A stretch of 64,000 nucleotides of DNA from Candidatus Hydrothermales bacterium (GTDB lineage Bacteria > Hydrothermota > Hydrothermia > Hydrothermales > JAJRUZ01). Under the pieces are notes generated by a model. It did no database searches. It was given only the letters and a program-made list of their open reading frames with translations, and was not told the origin of the DNA. The stretch spans positions 13,780 through 77,779 of the forward strand of contig JBCNUW010000006.1 in NCBI GenBank assembly GCA_039630575.1, read 5' to 3'. Of the stretch, positions 28,260 through 38,419 are shown piece by piece (within the stretch, counting starts at the first letter, position 1; each line of letters opens with the position of its first letter). The translations under genes were made by a program, and so were the position numbers.

Positions 28260-28732
28260 AGGATTTGATCAAATTATTTTTAACAATTTTTTTTATAGGC
28301 TTAATCTTAAGCTGTAAAAGGGAAGAAAGAAAAATAGAAACTCCCGAAGAGACTCCTAAACCTGGTTTTATTCTTGGTCAGGAAATTGATACTGTTAAGT
28401 TAAAAGAAGAGTTCTTACCAAAAGGCTATAACTATGATCCTACTGGAAGAAGGGACCCCTTTCTGTCTCTTATAGGTAAAGGTTATAAAAGAGGGGAGGA
28501 AGAAGTTATTGATCTTTCTAATTTAAAATTGGTTGGAATAATGAGAGGACCAAAAGGAAATGTTGCCCTTTTCGAAGCTCCTGATGGAAGAAGTTATACA
28601 ATAAGACAGGGAGATGCTGTTAGAAATGGTTATGTAAAAGATATCGGTGATAAGGAAGTCATAGTAGAAATAACTGCCTATGGAGTTCCGATTACAGTTA
28701 AGTATGAGTTAAAAAGGGAGAAAATTGATTAA
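28256..28732 (+). CDS. pilP: Type IV pilus lipoprotein PilP
   Basis: Lipobox ILSC; YDPTGRRDPF; LKLVGIM. Confidence 0.88.
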   Translation: MKDLIKLFLTIFFIGLILSCKREERKIETPEETPKPGFILGQEIDTVKLKEEFLPKGYNYDPTGRRDPFLSLIGKGYKRGEEEVIDLSNLKLVGIMRGPKGNVALFEAPDGRSYTIRQGDAVRNGYVKDIGDKEVIVEITAYGVPITVKYELKREKID

Positions 28733-30552
28733 TGTGTGGCATTGTTGGTTATGTAGGTAATAAAGATATTAACAGTGTAATTTTAGTCGGCTTAGAGAAG
28801 TTAGAATATAGGGGTTATGATTCTGCTGGTTTTGCAAGTGTACTGGAAGGAAAACTTTTTGTCAGAAAAAAGGTAGGTAGAATAAATGAACTTTCAAAGC
28901 TTTTAAATGGTGTTCCTATACCATCTAAAATAGGAATTGGACATACAAGATGGGCAACACATGGAAAACCAACTGAAGAGAATGCCCATCCTCATGTTGA
29001 CTGTAAGAAAATTTTTGCAGTTGTACATAATGGTATTATAGAAAATTTTAGAGATTTAAAAAGAAAACTTGAAAAAAAACATAAATTTTTTTCAAACACT
29101 GATACAGAAGTTATACCACATTTACTTGAAGAATATTACAAAGGAGATTTTTTTGAGAGTGTGTTAAAAACAGTGAACAAACTGGAGGGTTCCTTCGCAT
29201 TAGCTATCATAAATGTATTTCATCCAAATATTTTGATTGGTGTAAAAAGAGGATCTCCTTTAATTGTTGGTGTAGGTAAAAATGAAAATATAATTGCCTC
29301 TGATATACCTGCTATTTTATCTCATACAAGAAAAGTAATAAGCATGGATGATAATGAAATAGCTGTTTTAAGTGAAAAAACAGTCGAGTTTTACGATTTT
29401 ACTGGAAAGAGAAAAAAGAGGAAATATGTTCTTGTAGAGTGGGAAGAGGATATGGTTGAGAAAAGGGGATATCCTCACTTTATGCTGAAGGAGATCCATG
29501 AACAGCCAAGAATTATTGAGGATAATCTTATGAGAGTTTTGGATGAAAATGAAAGAATTAAAGTTTTACAGAGTGAAGCCAAAGATATACTTTCGAAAGC
29601 AGAACATGTTATAATTCAGGCAGCAGGGACAAGTTTTCACGCAGGACTTTATGGAAAAAGTCTTTTTCAAAAGTTTTTAAAAACTTTCACTGAGTGTGAA
29701 CTTTCATCGGAATTTAGATATAGGGAGCCGATTTCAGGTAGAAAAACAGTCTGTATAGGTATTTCTCAATCAGGTGAAACAGCTGATACCCTTGCTGGTA
29801 TAAGAAAAGCAAAAGAACTTGGAATACCAATTATTTCACTTGTAAATGTGAAAAATAGCACTATTGATAGGGAGTCCGATTATACAGTTTACTTAAACGC
29901 AGGCCCTGAAATTGGTGTTGCTTCAACAAAGGCTTACACATCCCAACTTTTCCATTTACTTTTAATTTCAATTGAAGTTGGAATTTTGAAAGGGTTTTTA
30001 ACTGAAAAAGAGTCTAAAGAAATAATTGATAATTTGAAAAAGATACCTGACAAAATGAGATTTGTTCTGGGTAGAGAGGAAGAAATTTCGCAAATTGCAA
30101 AAAAATATTATAATGTTAAAAATATGATGTTTCTTGGTAGAGGTTTACTTTATCCTACAGCTCTTGAGGGTGCTTTAAAGTTAAAAGAAATTTCCTATAT
30201 ACATGCAACTGGTTATGCAGCAGGTGAAATGAAGCATGGTCCAATTGCTCTTTTAGATAGAGAATTCCCTGTTATCGCAATTGCTCCTAAAAATGAACTT
30301 TATGAAAAAATGGTTTCAAATATTGAAGAAGTTAAAGCAAGAGAGGCACCTGTTATCTCTGTTGGAACAATAGGTGATAATTACCTTAAGGAATTATCAG
30401 AAGATTTTGTACCTATACCTGATGCAATTTATCTTTTGCAACCCCTTATTTCAATCATACCTTTGCAACTTTTTGCTTATCACGTTGCCCTTTTGCGTGG
30501 TTGTGACGTGGATAAACCAAGAAATCTTGCAAAGAGCGTAACTGTTGAGTAA
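28732..30552 (+). CDS. glmS: Glutamine-fructose-6-phosphate transaminase
   Basis: MCGIVG, LEYRGYDSAG, GHTRWATHG, ISQSGETADT, DKPRNLAKSVTVE. Confidence 0.98.
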   Translation: MCGIVGYVGNKDINSVILVGLEKLEYRGYDSAGFASVLEGKLFVRKKVGRINELSKLLNGVPIPSKIGIGHTRWATHGKPTEENAHPHVDCKKIFAVVHNGIIENFRDLKRKLEKKHKFFSNTDTEVIPHLLEEYYKGDFFESVLKTVNKLEGSFALAIINVFHPNILIGVKRGSPLIVGVGKNENIIASDIPAILSHTRKVISMDDNEIAVLSEKTVEFYDFTGKRKKRKYVLVEWEEDMVEKRGYPHFMLKEIHEQPRIIEDNLMRVLDENERIKVLQSEAKDILSKAEHVIIQAAGTSFHAGLYGKSLFQKFLKTFTECELSSEFRYREPISGRKTVCIGISQSGETADTLAGIRKAKELGIPIISLVNVKNSTIDRESDYTVYLNAGPEIGVASTKAYTSQLFHLLLISIEVGILKGFLTEKESKEIIDNLKKIPDKMRFVLGREEEISQIAKKYYNVKNMMFLGRGLLYPTALEGALKLKEISYIHATGYAAGEMKHGPIALLDREFPVIAIAPKNELYEKMVSNIEEVKAREAPVISVGTIGDNYLKELSEDFVPIPDAIYLLQPLISIIPLQLFAYHVALLRGCDVDKPRNLAKSVTVE

Positions 30553-30555
30553 TTT

Positions 30556-31722
30556 TTGAAATCCTTAAGTTTATTTCTACCGATAAGATACTTCTTTGGC
30601 AAAGGTATTTTTGAAGAAAAACTTAAAGAAATAATTCCTATTTTAGGCGAAAACATTTTACTTGTTACAGGAAAAAATTTTGCAAGGAAATACGGTTATT
30701 TAGATAAGATTGAAAGCATATTTAAAGAACTAAAAATAAATTTTATTCATTTTGACGGAATATCCCAAAACCCCAAAACCTTTGAAATAGAAGATGCAGT
30801 AAAGATAGCAAGATCAGAAAAAGTAAATAGTATTCTTGGTTTCGGTGGTGGTAGTGTGATGGATGCAGTGAAGGCAATTTCACTTCTTGTTAAAAATGAA
30901 GGAAGAATTTGGGATTATACTATGATGCAAAAAAGTCCAAAAAATGAGGCTCTAAATTTCTGTTTAGTCCCTACAACCTTTGCAACTGGTTCTGAATTGA
31001 ATTCTACTTCAATTATATCAAATCAAGAGGAAAAGAGAAAATGGGGCATATTTGATGAGAAAATATTTCCAAAGTTTTCTATTGTAGATCCTTTAATTTC
31101 TCTTTCTCTTGATAAAGAGTATCTTTCTCTGTGTTCAATTGACATAATTACCCATATGCTTGAACCTTTTGTTACTTCTAAAGAAGAGGGTGAAGTAATA
31201 AAGGGTGTTGCGAAGTTTTATATAAAAAAAACGATTGAATCAATAAAGATATTAATAAAGGATCCACAAAATATAAGTGCAAGAGAAAATTTACATCTTC
31301 TATCTGGATTTTCGTTAATAGGTATAGCTACAAGAGGTATTGGTGGTTTTCACGAAATGCATTGGCTTGAACACATTGTCTCAGGATTTTATGATAATGT
31401 TCCTCATCCAGCAGGTTTATCAATCCTTTTGGTACCTTGGATAAAATATAGGTGGAACAAAAATACTTCTAATTTAAAAGAACTTTTCTCATTTTTAATG
31501 GAAAAAGATGAAGTTGATTTGAATGATATTTTGTCATATCTTGATGATTTTTATAACGAGATAAATTTACCAAGAAGTTTCAAAAAATACGGTATAAAAG
31601 AGGTTGATATTGAAGATTTTGTGAGGGAATATAATTTTCTAACAGAAAATTTTAAAAGATTTTTTCCTGAAAAAATAAAGGAGAAGGATCTTTTTAATAT
31701 TTTTAAAGAAGCTTTGCTTTGA
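30556..31722 (+). CDS. Iron-containing alcohol (butanol-type) dehydrogenase
   Basis: GGGSVMD, PTTFATGSE, DIITH, HWLEH...H. Confidence 0.88.
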   Translation: MKSLSLFLPIRYFFGKGIFEEKLKEIIPILGENILLVTGKNFARKYGYLDKIESIFKELKINFIHFDGISQNPKTFEIEDAVKIARSEKVNSILGFGGGSVMDAVKAISLLVKNEGRIWDYTMMQKSPKNEALNFCLVPTTFATGSELNSTSIISNQEEKRKWGIFDEKIFPKFSIVDPLISLSLDKEYLSLCSIDIITHMLEPFVTSKEEGEVIKGVAKFYIKKTIESIKILIKDPQNISARENLHLLSGFSLIGIATRGIGGFHEMHWLEHIVSGFYDNVPHPAGLSILLVPWIKYRWNKNTSNLKELFSFLMEKDEVDLNDILSYLDDFYNEINLPRSFKKYGIKEVDIEDFVREYNFLTENFKRFFPEKIKEKDLFNIFKEALL

Positions 31723-32579
31723 TAGAAAGTTTAAAAAGACATGTTGAGGTTTTATCCTTGGATATTGGAAAGCGTAATGTTTTTAATTATAAAAACTATT
31801 TAAAGTCTAAAGAATATATCTTAGAAAATTTAAAGAATTTAAATTATGAAATAAGAGAAGTAGAGTATAAGTCCTATGGACATGATGTTTCTATAATTGA
31901 AGTGGGGAAAGTTTTTGGCTCTTCAGAGATTTTTATAATAGGAGCTCATTATGACAGTTTCTATGATTCACCAGGAGCAGATGACAATGCAAGTAGTGTT
32001 TCTCTTTTGATTGAAATTGCTAAATCTTTCTCTCAAATAAATTTTAAAAGAGATATAAGATTTCTCTTTTTCCCAAATGAAGAGCCGCCATTTTTTAATT
32101 CAAAAGAGATGGGTTCAGAGGTTTATGTAAAAGAACTAAATAAAAGGAAAGAAAAAGTTGAACTTATGATTTCTCTTGAATCTGTTGGTTATTATAAAGA
32201 GGAAAAAAAATCTCAAAGTTATCCTTTTCCTTTAAATTTTTTTTATCCCGATACAGCAAATTTTATCGGAATTGTAAGTAACATAAGATCAAGATTTTAT
32301 ATGAAAAAAGTTTATGAAATTTTTAAAAGTAATACTATGATTCAAGTAAAGTATTTATCTTTCCCCCCTATTATTCCAGAAATGAACTTTTCTGATCACT
32401 TTCCATTTTGGAAAAGAGGGATAAAGGCACTTTTAATAACTGATACTGCTTTTTTAAGGAATCCAAACTATCACACAAGGTTCGATTTACCTGATACATT
32501 AGATTATAAAAAGCTATATGAAGTTTATAGAGGTATTTTTAGTTTTATTGAATTTTTAAACAGTTCTTTTAATTTTTAA
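31719..32579 (+). CDS. M28 family peptidase
   Basis: GAHYDS, PGADDNAS, NEEPP, SDH, NYHT. Confidence 0.9.
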   Translation: MIESLKRHVEVLSLDIGKRNVFNYKNYLKSKEYILENLKNLNYEIREVEYKSYGHDVSIIEVGKVFGSSEIFIIGAHYDSFYDSPGADDNASSVSLLIEIAKSFSQINFKRDIRFLFFPNEEPPFFNSKEMGSEVYVKELNKRKEKVELMISLESVGYYKEEKKSQSYPFPLNFFYPDTANFIGIVSNIRSRFYMKKVYEIFKSNTMIQVKYLSFPPIIPEMNFSDHFPFWKRGIKALLITDTAFLRNPNYHTRFDLPDTLDYKKLYEVYRGIFSFIEFLNSSFNF

Positions 32580-34262
32580 AAGACTTAAAAGTTTTTTAGG
32601 TTCCAAAGTATTTATTACATCTTCTCTTGTTAAATAACCTCTCCTTGCTGTTCCAACACCAAGTTCAAGCATCCACATTTGGTTAAAATGGTGAGCATCT
32701 GTTCCTATTACAAATTTTAATCCAAATTTTTTTGCCTTTTTAATTAAGGGTGGTGAAAGATCTAATCTCTCATAATAGGAGTTTATTTCCATCCAAATCT
32801 CTTTTTCTTTGGCTTTTTTAAAGACTAAATCCCAGTTTGCTTCATAAGGTTCTCGTGAGCCTATTAGTCTTCCTGTTGGATGGGAAAAGGCATGTACAAA
32901 TGGATTTTCAAATGCTTTAATTATTCTATCTGTGTTATCTTTTCTAAAACCCGTATGTATGGACACAACTACATAATCAATTTCTTTAAGTATTTCGTCA
33001 GGATAGTCTAGTTTACCGTCAGGTAAGATATCCACCTCTGCACCGAATAATATATAAGGTAAATCGCCCTTTTCGTTAATTTTTTTTATTTCTTCCTTTT
33101 TCTTTAAGAGTCTTTCTATTGATAATCCCTTTGCGTATTTGGCAGATTGTGAGTGATCACAGATGGCGACAATTTTGTATCCTCTTTTTTTTCCCTCTTC
33201 TTTTATTTCTAAAATTGAACTTTGTCCATCAGAATAGTCAGAATGAACATGCATATCACCCAATATATCTTCTCTTTTTACAAGTTCTGGAATTTTACCT
33301 TCCAGTGCAAGTTCTATCTCACCTTCATCTTCTCTTATTTCAGGAGGAATCCATTGCATATTAAGAATTCCATAGACTTCTTCTTCTGTTCTACCTGCTA
33401 CAAATTTTTCATCTTTAAAAACTCCATATTCGCTAATTTTAAGCCCCGTCTCTTTTGCTATTTTTCTTAAGTGTATGTTGTGTTGTTTTGATCCTGTAAA
33501 ATATTGCATAGCTGCACCCATAGATTCTACAGGTATTACCCTAATGTCAACCTGAAGACCATTTTTTAAGACAAAGGAAGATTTTGTTGGACCACAGGCA
33601 AGTACTTTTTCTATTTTTGGAAATTGAGTTGAATATTCTGTTAAGTTACTTTCAACTTTTGTAGTTACCAAAATATCTACGTCTCCTACGGTTTCTTTAA
33701 ATCTTCTGAAAGATCCAGCAGCAATAACTTTTTCTGTATCTTTATGTTCCTTTAAAAATTCAATCAGATGAGATACTATTGGGTAGACTTCTCCTAACAG
33801 GTATCTTTCTTTACTTTTTAAAAAAAGTTCTATTCCTTTTTTGATGTTTTCAACTTTCTTTTCTCCCATTCCAAAAAGAGTTAATATTCTTTTATTTTCA
33901 AGAGCGGCTTTTAAGGATTCAAGATCCCTAACTCCAAATTCTTTATGAAGTAGAAAAAGAGTTTTTGGTCCTAAATTGGGTATCTGCATAAGGTCTAAGA
34001 TTCCCTCTGGTATTTTAGAAAATATCTCTTCTGCTTTTTCTATTCTTCCTGTTTCAAGGAATTCTTTTATTTTTTTAGCTATTCCCTCACCAATTCCAGG
34101 TAAAGATTGAAGATCATCAATTTCTGAAATATCTCTATCGAGGTTTTCAAGTGTTTTTGCAACTTTCCTATAGGCTGAGACTTTAAAGGGTATTTCCCCT
34201 AAATACTCAAGAGCATCGGCCATTTTGTTAAAAATTTTAGCTAACTTCTCGTTATTTTCCAT
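32556..34262 (-). CDS. polX: DNA polymerase X / PHP fusion
   Basis: GIGEG HhH, GSFRR, GDVDIL, QVDIR, YFTGSK; PHP motifs HVHSDYSDG, CDHS, HPTGR, TDAH. Confidence 0.95.
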   Translation of the reverse strand: MENNEKLAKIFNKMADALEYLGEIPFKVSAYRKVAKTLENLDRDISEIDDLQSLPGIGEGIAKKIKEFLETGRIEKAEEIFSKIPEGILDLMQIPNLGPKTLFLLHKEFGVRDLESLKAALENKRILTLFGMGEKKVENIKKGIELFLKSKERYLLGEVYPIVSHLIEFLKEHKDTEKVIAAGSFRRFKETVGDVDILVTTKVESNLTEYSTQFPKIEKVLACGPTKSSFVLKNGLQVDIRVIPVESMGAAMQYFTGSKQHNIHLRKIAKETGLKISEYGVFKDEKFVAGRTEEEVYGILNMQWIPPEIREDEGEIELALEGKIPELVKREDILGDMHVHSDYSDGQSSILEIKEEGKKRGYKIVAICDHSQSAKYAKGLSIERLLKKKEEIKKINEKGDLPYILFGAEVDILPDGKLDYPDEILKEIDYVVVSIHTGFRKDNTDRIIKAFENPFVHAFSHPTGRLIGSREPYEANWDLVFKKAKEKEIWMEINSYYERLDLSPPLIKKAKKFGLKFVIGTDAHHFNQMWMLELGVGTARRGYLTREDVINTLEPKKLLSLLKIKRTV

Positions 34263-35532
34263 TTTTTTTAGTTATTTTTTTTAGTCTTCTATATATTGTT
34301 GAAGGATGAATCCCGAGTTTCCGTGCCGCTTTTTTTACATTTCCATCAAACTCTTTTAGAACTTCAAGTATTAACTTTTCCTCAAGTTCCTTTAAATTTT
34401 TTGCTGTTATAGATTCTTCAACTATTTCAAAAGGTAAGTGTTCCTTTTTAATAACTGTTCCCTCGCATATAGCGCAGGCTCTTTCAATAACATTTTCAAG
34501 TTCTCTTATGTTTCCCTTCCAATTGTAATCTAAAAGTATTTCAACAACTTCTTCTTGAACTGTAAAATCCTTTTTTAATTTTTTTGATATTCTTTTTATA
34601 AAATATTCAATTAAGGCAGGAATATCTTTTTTTCTCTCTCTTAAAGGGGGTATATAAATTGGAAAAGCTGAGATTCTATAATAAAGATCCTCCCTTAGTC
34701 TACCCTCCTTTAAAGTTTCCTTTGGATCTCTATTTGTTGCACTTATTATTCTTATATCTATTTTTTTGGTCTCAACTGATCCTAAGGGTATTATTTCTTT
34801 GTTCTCTATGACTCTCAAAAGTTTAGTTTGAAGATTAGAAGGCATTTCAGAAATTTCGTCGAGGAAAATTGTTCCTCCATCAGCTACCTCAAGTAGTCCC
34901 TTTTTGTCTTTAAAGGCACCTGTAAAAGCTCCCTTTTTATATCCAAAAAGTTCTGACTCAAGGAGTTCAGATGGTAAAGCAGCACAGTTAACAGCTATAA
35001 AACTTCTTTCTTTTCTCTTAGAATTTTTGTGAATAAATTTTGCTAAAACTTCTTTCCCAACCCCTGTTTCACCGTATATAAATATAGGTAAATCAGATTT
35101 TGCAGACTTTAAGGCAATTTTTTTTACCTCTAACATTTTTTCATCAACAGCAATAAATTCTTCATATTCTTCTAACTCTGGTAAGTGCTTTTCAACCCTA
35201 TAAATTAGTTCTTCTTCTGAAAAAGGCTTTATAAGGTAATCAGAAACACCCTTTCTAAAGGCAGATATTGCTGATTCTATTGATGCGTAAGCTGTGATCA
35301 TTATAACAGGTAGAGTGAAGTTTATTTTCTTAACCTCTTCAAGTAATTCAAGACCAGATATTCCTGGCATTTTTATATCGGTTATAACTAAGTCAATTCT
35401 TTCTTTCTTTATAAGGTCTAAGGCAAGCAGAGGATCCTGATAAGTTAGAACTTCATATTTATCTTCAAGTGCTATTTTCATCCAATCTAAAATTGATTTT
35501 TCATCGTCGACAATAAGAATTTTTCTTTTCAA
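34252..35532 (-). CDS. Sigma-54-dependent response regulator (PilR/NtrC-like)
   Basis: REC domain (VDDE, DIKMPG, KPF); GETGVGKE, ESELFG, GAFTGA, FLDEI; Fis HTH. Confidence 0.93.
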   Translation of the reverse strand: MKRKILIVDDEKSILDWMKIALEDKYEVLTYQDPLLALDLIKKERIDLVITDIKMPGISGLELLEEVKKINFTLPVIMITAYASIESAISAFRKGVSDYLIKPFSEEELIYRVEKHLPELEEYEEFIAVDEKMLEVKKIALKSAKSDLPIFIYGETGVGKEVLAKFIHKNSKRKERSFIAVNCAALPSELLESELFGYKKGAFTGAFKDKKGLLEVADGGTIFLDEISEMPSNLQTKLLRVIENKEIIPLGSVETKKIDIRIISATNRDPKETLKEGRLREDLYYRISAFPIYIPPLRERKKDIPALIEYFIKRISKKLKKDFTVQEEVVEILLDYNWKGNIRELENVIERACAICEGTVIKKEHLPFEIVEESITAKNLKELEEKLILEVLKEFDGNVKKAARKLGIHPSTIYRRLKKITKKNGK

Positions 35533-36953
35533 TTAAGTTCAATTATAGCCTCAGTTCCCACACCTTTTTGACTTTTTAAATTAAGTTTAAAGCCGTGTAA
35601 TTCACATATCCTTTCTGCAAGAGGTAAACCCATTCCTAAACCACCTGGTTTTGTTGTATAAAAGGGATATTTTACTTTTTCAAGATCTTCCTCAGTTATT
35701 CCTTCTCCGCTATCTTCTATAATAATTTTATTTTTTATTAATTTAATTTTAACTTTATCCAAGTCATTTTTAACAGCCTCAATAGCGTTTCTTAAAAGGT
35801 TCTTTATAGCAATCTGAATTAAATGAGGTTCTGCTTCAATAAAATCCTTTTCATTTTGAAATTCCAAATTTTTTATTCCAAACTCAAAAGCTATGCTCTT
35901 TATTAAACCCTTTAAATAAAGTTTTTCACGCTTAATCTCCTTTATTTTTGCATATTCATAGAAAGTTTTAACTATTAGATCAATTCTTTCAGATTCTTTT
36001 TTTATTAACTCAACTAATTTTTTCTTTTTTTCCTCATCATTAATCCTTGAGAGTGTTGTTATTGCTCCTTGGATAACTGTAAGGGGATTTCTAATCTCAT
36101 GGGCAAGACCATGAGAAAGCTCAGTTAAAAATTTTTCTTTTTCCTTGTGTTTTAAGATTTGTTCAATCTCTTTTTCTTTTGTAATATCTCTTAAAACATA
36201 TATTTCATACTTTTCATCAAAGAGTTCAAAGGAGGAATGATTTAAAGAAAATAACTTACCATCAAACGAAATCTCTTTTTGATTTTTCTCACCGAGAATA
36301 CTGTCAGAGATCTCAGAATTTTTAAATATAGTGTCGCCCCTTTTATTTTTAACTAAAACAATCTCACCAAGGTTATTAAGTATCTCCCTTGCTAAAATAT
36401 CTGCTTTTTCAGCTTCTCTTTCCCCTTTTCTTGCTCTTTCAGATAAAAAGTAAGTTATAAGTGAAGATAGAAGAAAAGAGAGTGTATAAATATAGCCCCT
36501 TAATAGTATTTGATGAGTTTGAAATTCAATTTTAAGTGGAACTTTAAGTATACCCTTTGTCCATAAAAAGAGAAAGAGGTTATAGATAAGTAGTAAAATA
36601 ATTAAAAAATAAAAAATTTTTTCTCTCTCAAGATAAAATGAAGAAGTTATTATGACAAGGAAAAATAAAATAGAAAAAACACTTTCAGGACCACCAGAAA
36701 AGTGCATAATTGAAATTATTAAAAATGTATCAGCAATAAGATATACAAAAGGTGTTTTTTTCCCCTTTCTTAAAGAAAAGTAGAAAAGAAAGGATAAAAT
36801 TACTGAAGAAATAAATATCCATAAAAAGGGTAAAAGTTCAACTTCGAAAATTTCTTGAAGAAAAAGATAACTTATAGATAAGGAAAAAAAAACTATAAAA
36901 GGTCTTAAAAGTAGAGTTATCCTTAATAAATATTCGTATTTTTTTGTTATCAA
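35529..36953 (-). CDS. Membrane sensor histidine kinase (PilS-like)
   Basis: About 6 TM with SGGPESVF; LAHEIRNPL H-box; N, D, F and G boxes; lies between pilC and the PilR-like gene. Confidence 0.88.
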   Translation of the reverse strand: MITKKYEYLLRITLLLRPFIVFFSLSISYLFLQEIFEVELLPFLWIFISSVILSFLFYFSLRKGKKTPFVYLIADTFLIISIMHFSGGPESVFSILFFLVIITSSFYLEREKIFYFLIILLLIYNLFLFLWTKGILKVPLKIEFQTHQILLRGYIYTLSFLLSSLITYFLSERARKGEREAEKADILAREILNNLGEIVLVKNKRGDTIFKNSEISDSILGEKNQKEISFDGKLFSLNHSSFELFDEKYEIYVLRDITKEKEIEQILKHKEKEKFLTELSHGLAHEIRNPLTVIQGAITTLSRINDEEKKKKLVELIKKESERIDLIVKTFYEYAKIKEIKREKLYLKGLIKSIAFEFGIKNLEFQNEKDFIEAEPHLIQIAIKNLLRNAIEAVKNDLDKVKIKLIKNKIIIEDSGEGITEEDLEKVKYPFYTTKPGGLGMGLPLAERICELHGFKLNLKSQKGVGTEAIIELN

Positions 36954-36965
36954 TATTTTTCTTCT

Positions 36966-38192
36966 TTAATGGGAGAGACTTTGCATTAAGGTTGGTATTA
37001 GTCTGAATATTGGAAGGTACATCGAGACAACCATAGTTCCCACAACTCCACCAAGTACAACCATTATAATTGGTTCAAGGGCAGATGTGAGAGCTTCTAC
37101 CGCAGCGTCAACCTCTTTGTCATAAAATTCTGATACTTTAAGGAGCATTTCATCTAAGTTTCCTGATTGCTCACCTATGTGAACCATCTGGACAACAAGA
37201 GGTGGAAAAACTCCTGATTTTTGTAAGGGTGAGGAAATTGTGGATCCTTCCTTTATTGAATTTCTTGCTCTTTCTATAGCATGTTGAACAACTCTATTAC
37301 CTGTTGTTTTTGAGGTTATATCCATAGAATCTATAAGTGGAACACCGCTTCTTAGTAGGGTTGAAAGAGTTCGCGAAAATCTCGATAGAGCTTGTTTATG
37401 AATTAGATTCCCTATAATTGGGAATTTCAACAATATTCTGTCAATAACTTCTCTTCCTGGGTCAGTTCCATACCAAATTCTAATTCCTACTATGATTCCA
37501 ACAAAGAAAAGTATTATAAATAGGATATATTTTTGAGTAAAAGTTGATAGTCCTATCACCATTTTTGTTAAAAGGGGAAGTTCAGCGCCAAAACCTTCGT
37601 ATAAACCTTTGAAAGTTGGTATGACAAAGATAAGTAAGGCTGCGGTTGCTGCAATAGCTACAAAAATAACTATTACAGGATAAATCATTGCACCCTTTAT
37701 TTTTCTTTGAAGGTCAGCAGTTTTTTCAAGGTATTCAGCAAGTCTAATGAGAATTTCACCAAGAGCACCTCCCTTTTCACCAGCTTCTACCATATTCACA
37801 TATAAATCAGGGAAAATTTTTTTGTGTTTTCTCATTGCGTCTGCTAAAGTATAGCCTCCCTCTAAGTCTTCGGATATTTTTCCTATTGTTTTTTTAAGAG
37901 CTTTATTAGTTGTTTGAATATATAAGGTATTCAGTGTATCCATTAGAGGCAATCCTGCTTCAAGCATTGTTGCAAATTGTTTCGTAAACATTGCCATTTC
38001 ATCTATCTTTACTTTTGTAGGAATTAAATCCTCAAGTGAAGGTACTTTCTTTTTTTCCTTAATTGTTACAGAAATTGGTATTATATTTTTTTTTCTTAAA
38101 GTTGAAATGACCTCCTGTTGGGAATCTGCGGTCATCTCTCCTTCTACTTTTTTACCTTCAGGTGTTCTCCCTTTCCAAATAAAAGTAGCCAT
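36966..38192 (-). CDS. pilC: Type IV pilus inner-membrane platform protein PilC (GspF family)
   Basis: FTKQFATML, AGEKGG, AMIYP, GEQSGNLDEML, LEP, MYLPIF. Confidence 0.95.
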   Translation of the reverse strand: MATFIWKGRTPEGKKVEGEMTADSQQEVISTLRKKNIIPISVTIKEKKKVPSLEDLIPTKVKIDEMAMFTKQFATMLEAGLPLMDTLNTLYIQTTNKALKKTIGKISEDLEGGYTLADAMRKHKKIFPDLYVNMVEAGEKGGALGEILIRLAEYLEKTADLQRKIKGAMIYPVIVIFVAIAATAALLIFVIPTFKGLYEGFGAELPLLTKMVIGLSTFTQKYILFIILFFVGIIVGIRIWYGTDPGREVIDRILLKFPIIGNLIHKQALSRFSRTLSTLLRSGVPLIDSMDITSKTTGNRVVQHAIERARNSIKEGSTISSPLQKSGVFPPLVVQMVHIGEQSGNLDEMLLKVSEFYDKEVDAAVEALTSALEPIIMVVLGGVVGTMVVSMYLPIFRLIPTLMQSLSH

Positions 38193-38236
38193 CTTATTTA
38201 CTATTTTCTATATTTGGGAGTGGAACCCTTTTAAAT

Positions 38237-38265
38237 ATTATAAATTTAATGAGAAATTTTTTCAA
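38237..38265 (-). promoter_or_regulatory. sigma70 promoter of pilC-pilS-pilR-polX
   Basis: Minus strand TTGAAA-N17-TATAAT. Confidence 0.75.
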
Positions 38266-38289
38266 TTAAAAGTTTTTAAAAAAGTTTTG

Positions 38290-38318
38290 TTGAAATTTAT
38301 TTATAAAAATTTTATAAT
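38290..38318 (+). promoter_or_regulatory. sigma70 promoter of tRNA-Arg-cas6
   Basis: TTGAAA (38290-95), N17, TATAAT (38313-18). Confidence 0.8.
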
Positions 38319-38333
38319 TTTATTAGGTAAAAT

Positions 38334-38407
38334 GCCCCCGTAGCTCAAGTGGATAGAGCATCGGATTTCTAATCCGGTGGTTGCGGGTTCAAGTCCTGCC
38401 GGGGGCG
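38334..38407 (+). tRNA. tRNA-Arg (anticodon TCT), CCA not encoded
   Basis: Acceptor stem GCCCCCG/CGGGGGC, anticodon arm TCGGA-TTTCTAA-TCCGG, T-loop GTTCAAGT. Confidence 0.97.
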
Positions 38408-38419
38408 GAATATAAAATA

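Noticed and set aside
28700..28732. Possible glmS ribozyme
   Set aside because: There is no intergenic space; glmS overlaps the pilP stop.
38381..38419. Track N-terminal extensions of cas6 (38381), tldD (50992) and FkbM (10903)
   Set aside because: They are translations of tRNA sequence (RVQVLP, GVQIP, RVQVP are T-arm read-outs). The real starts lie downstream.
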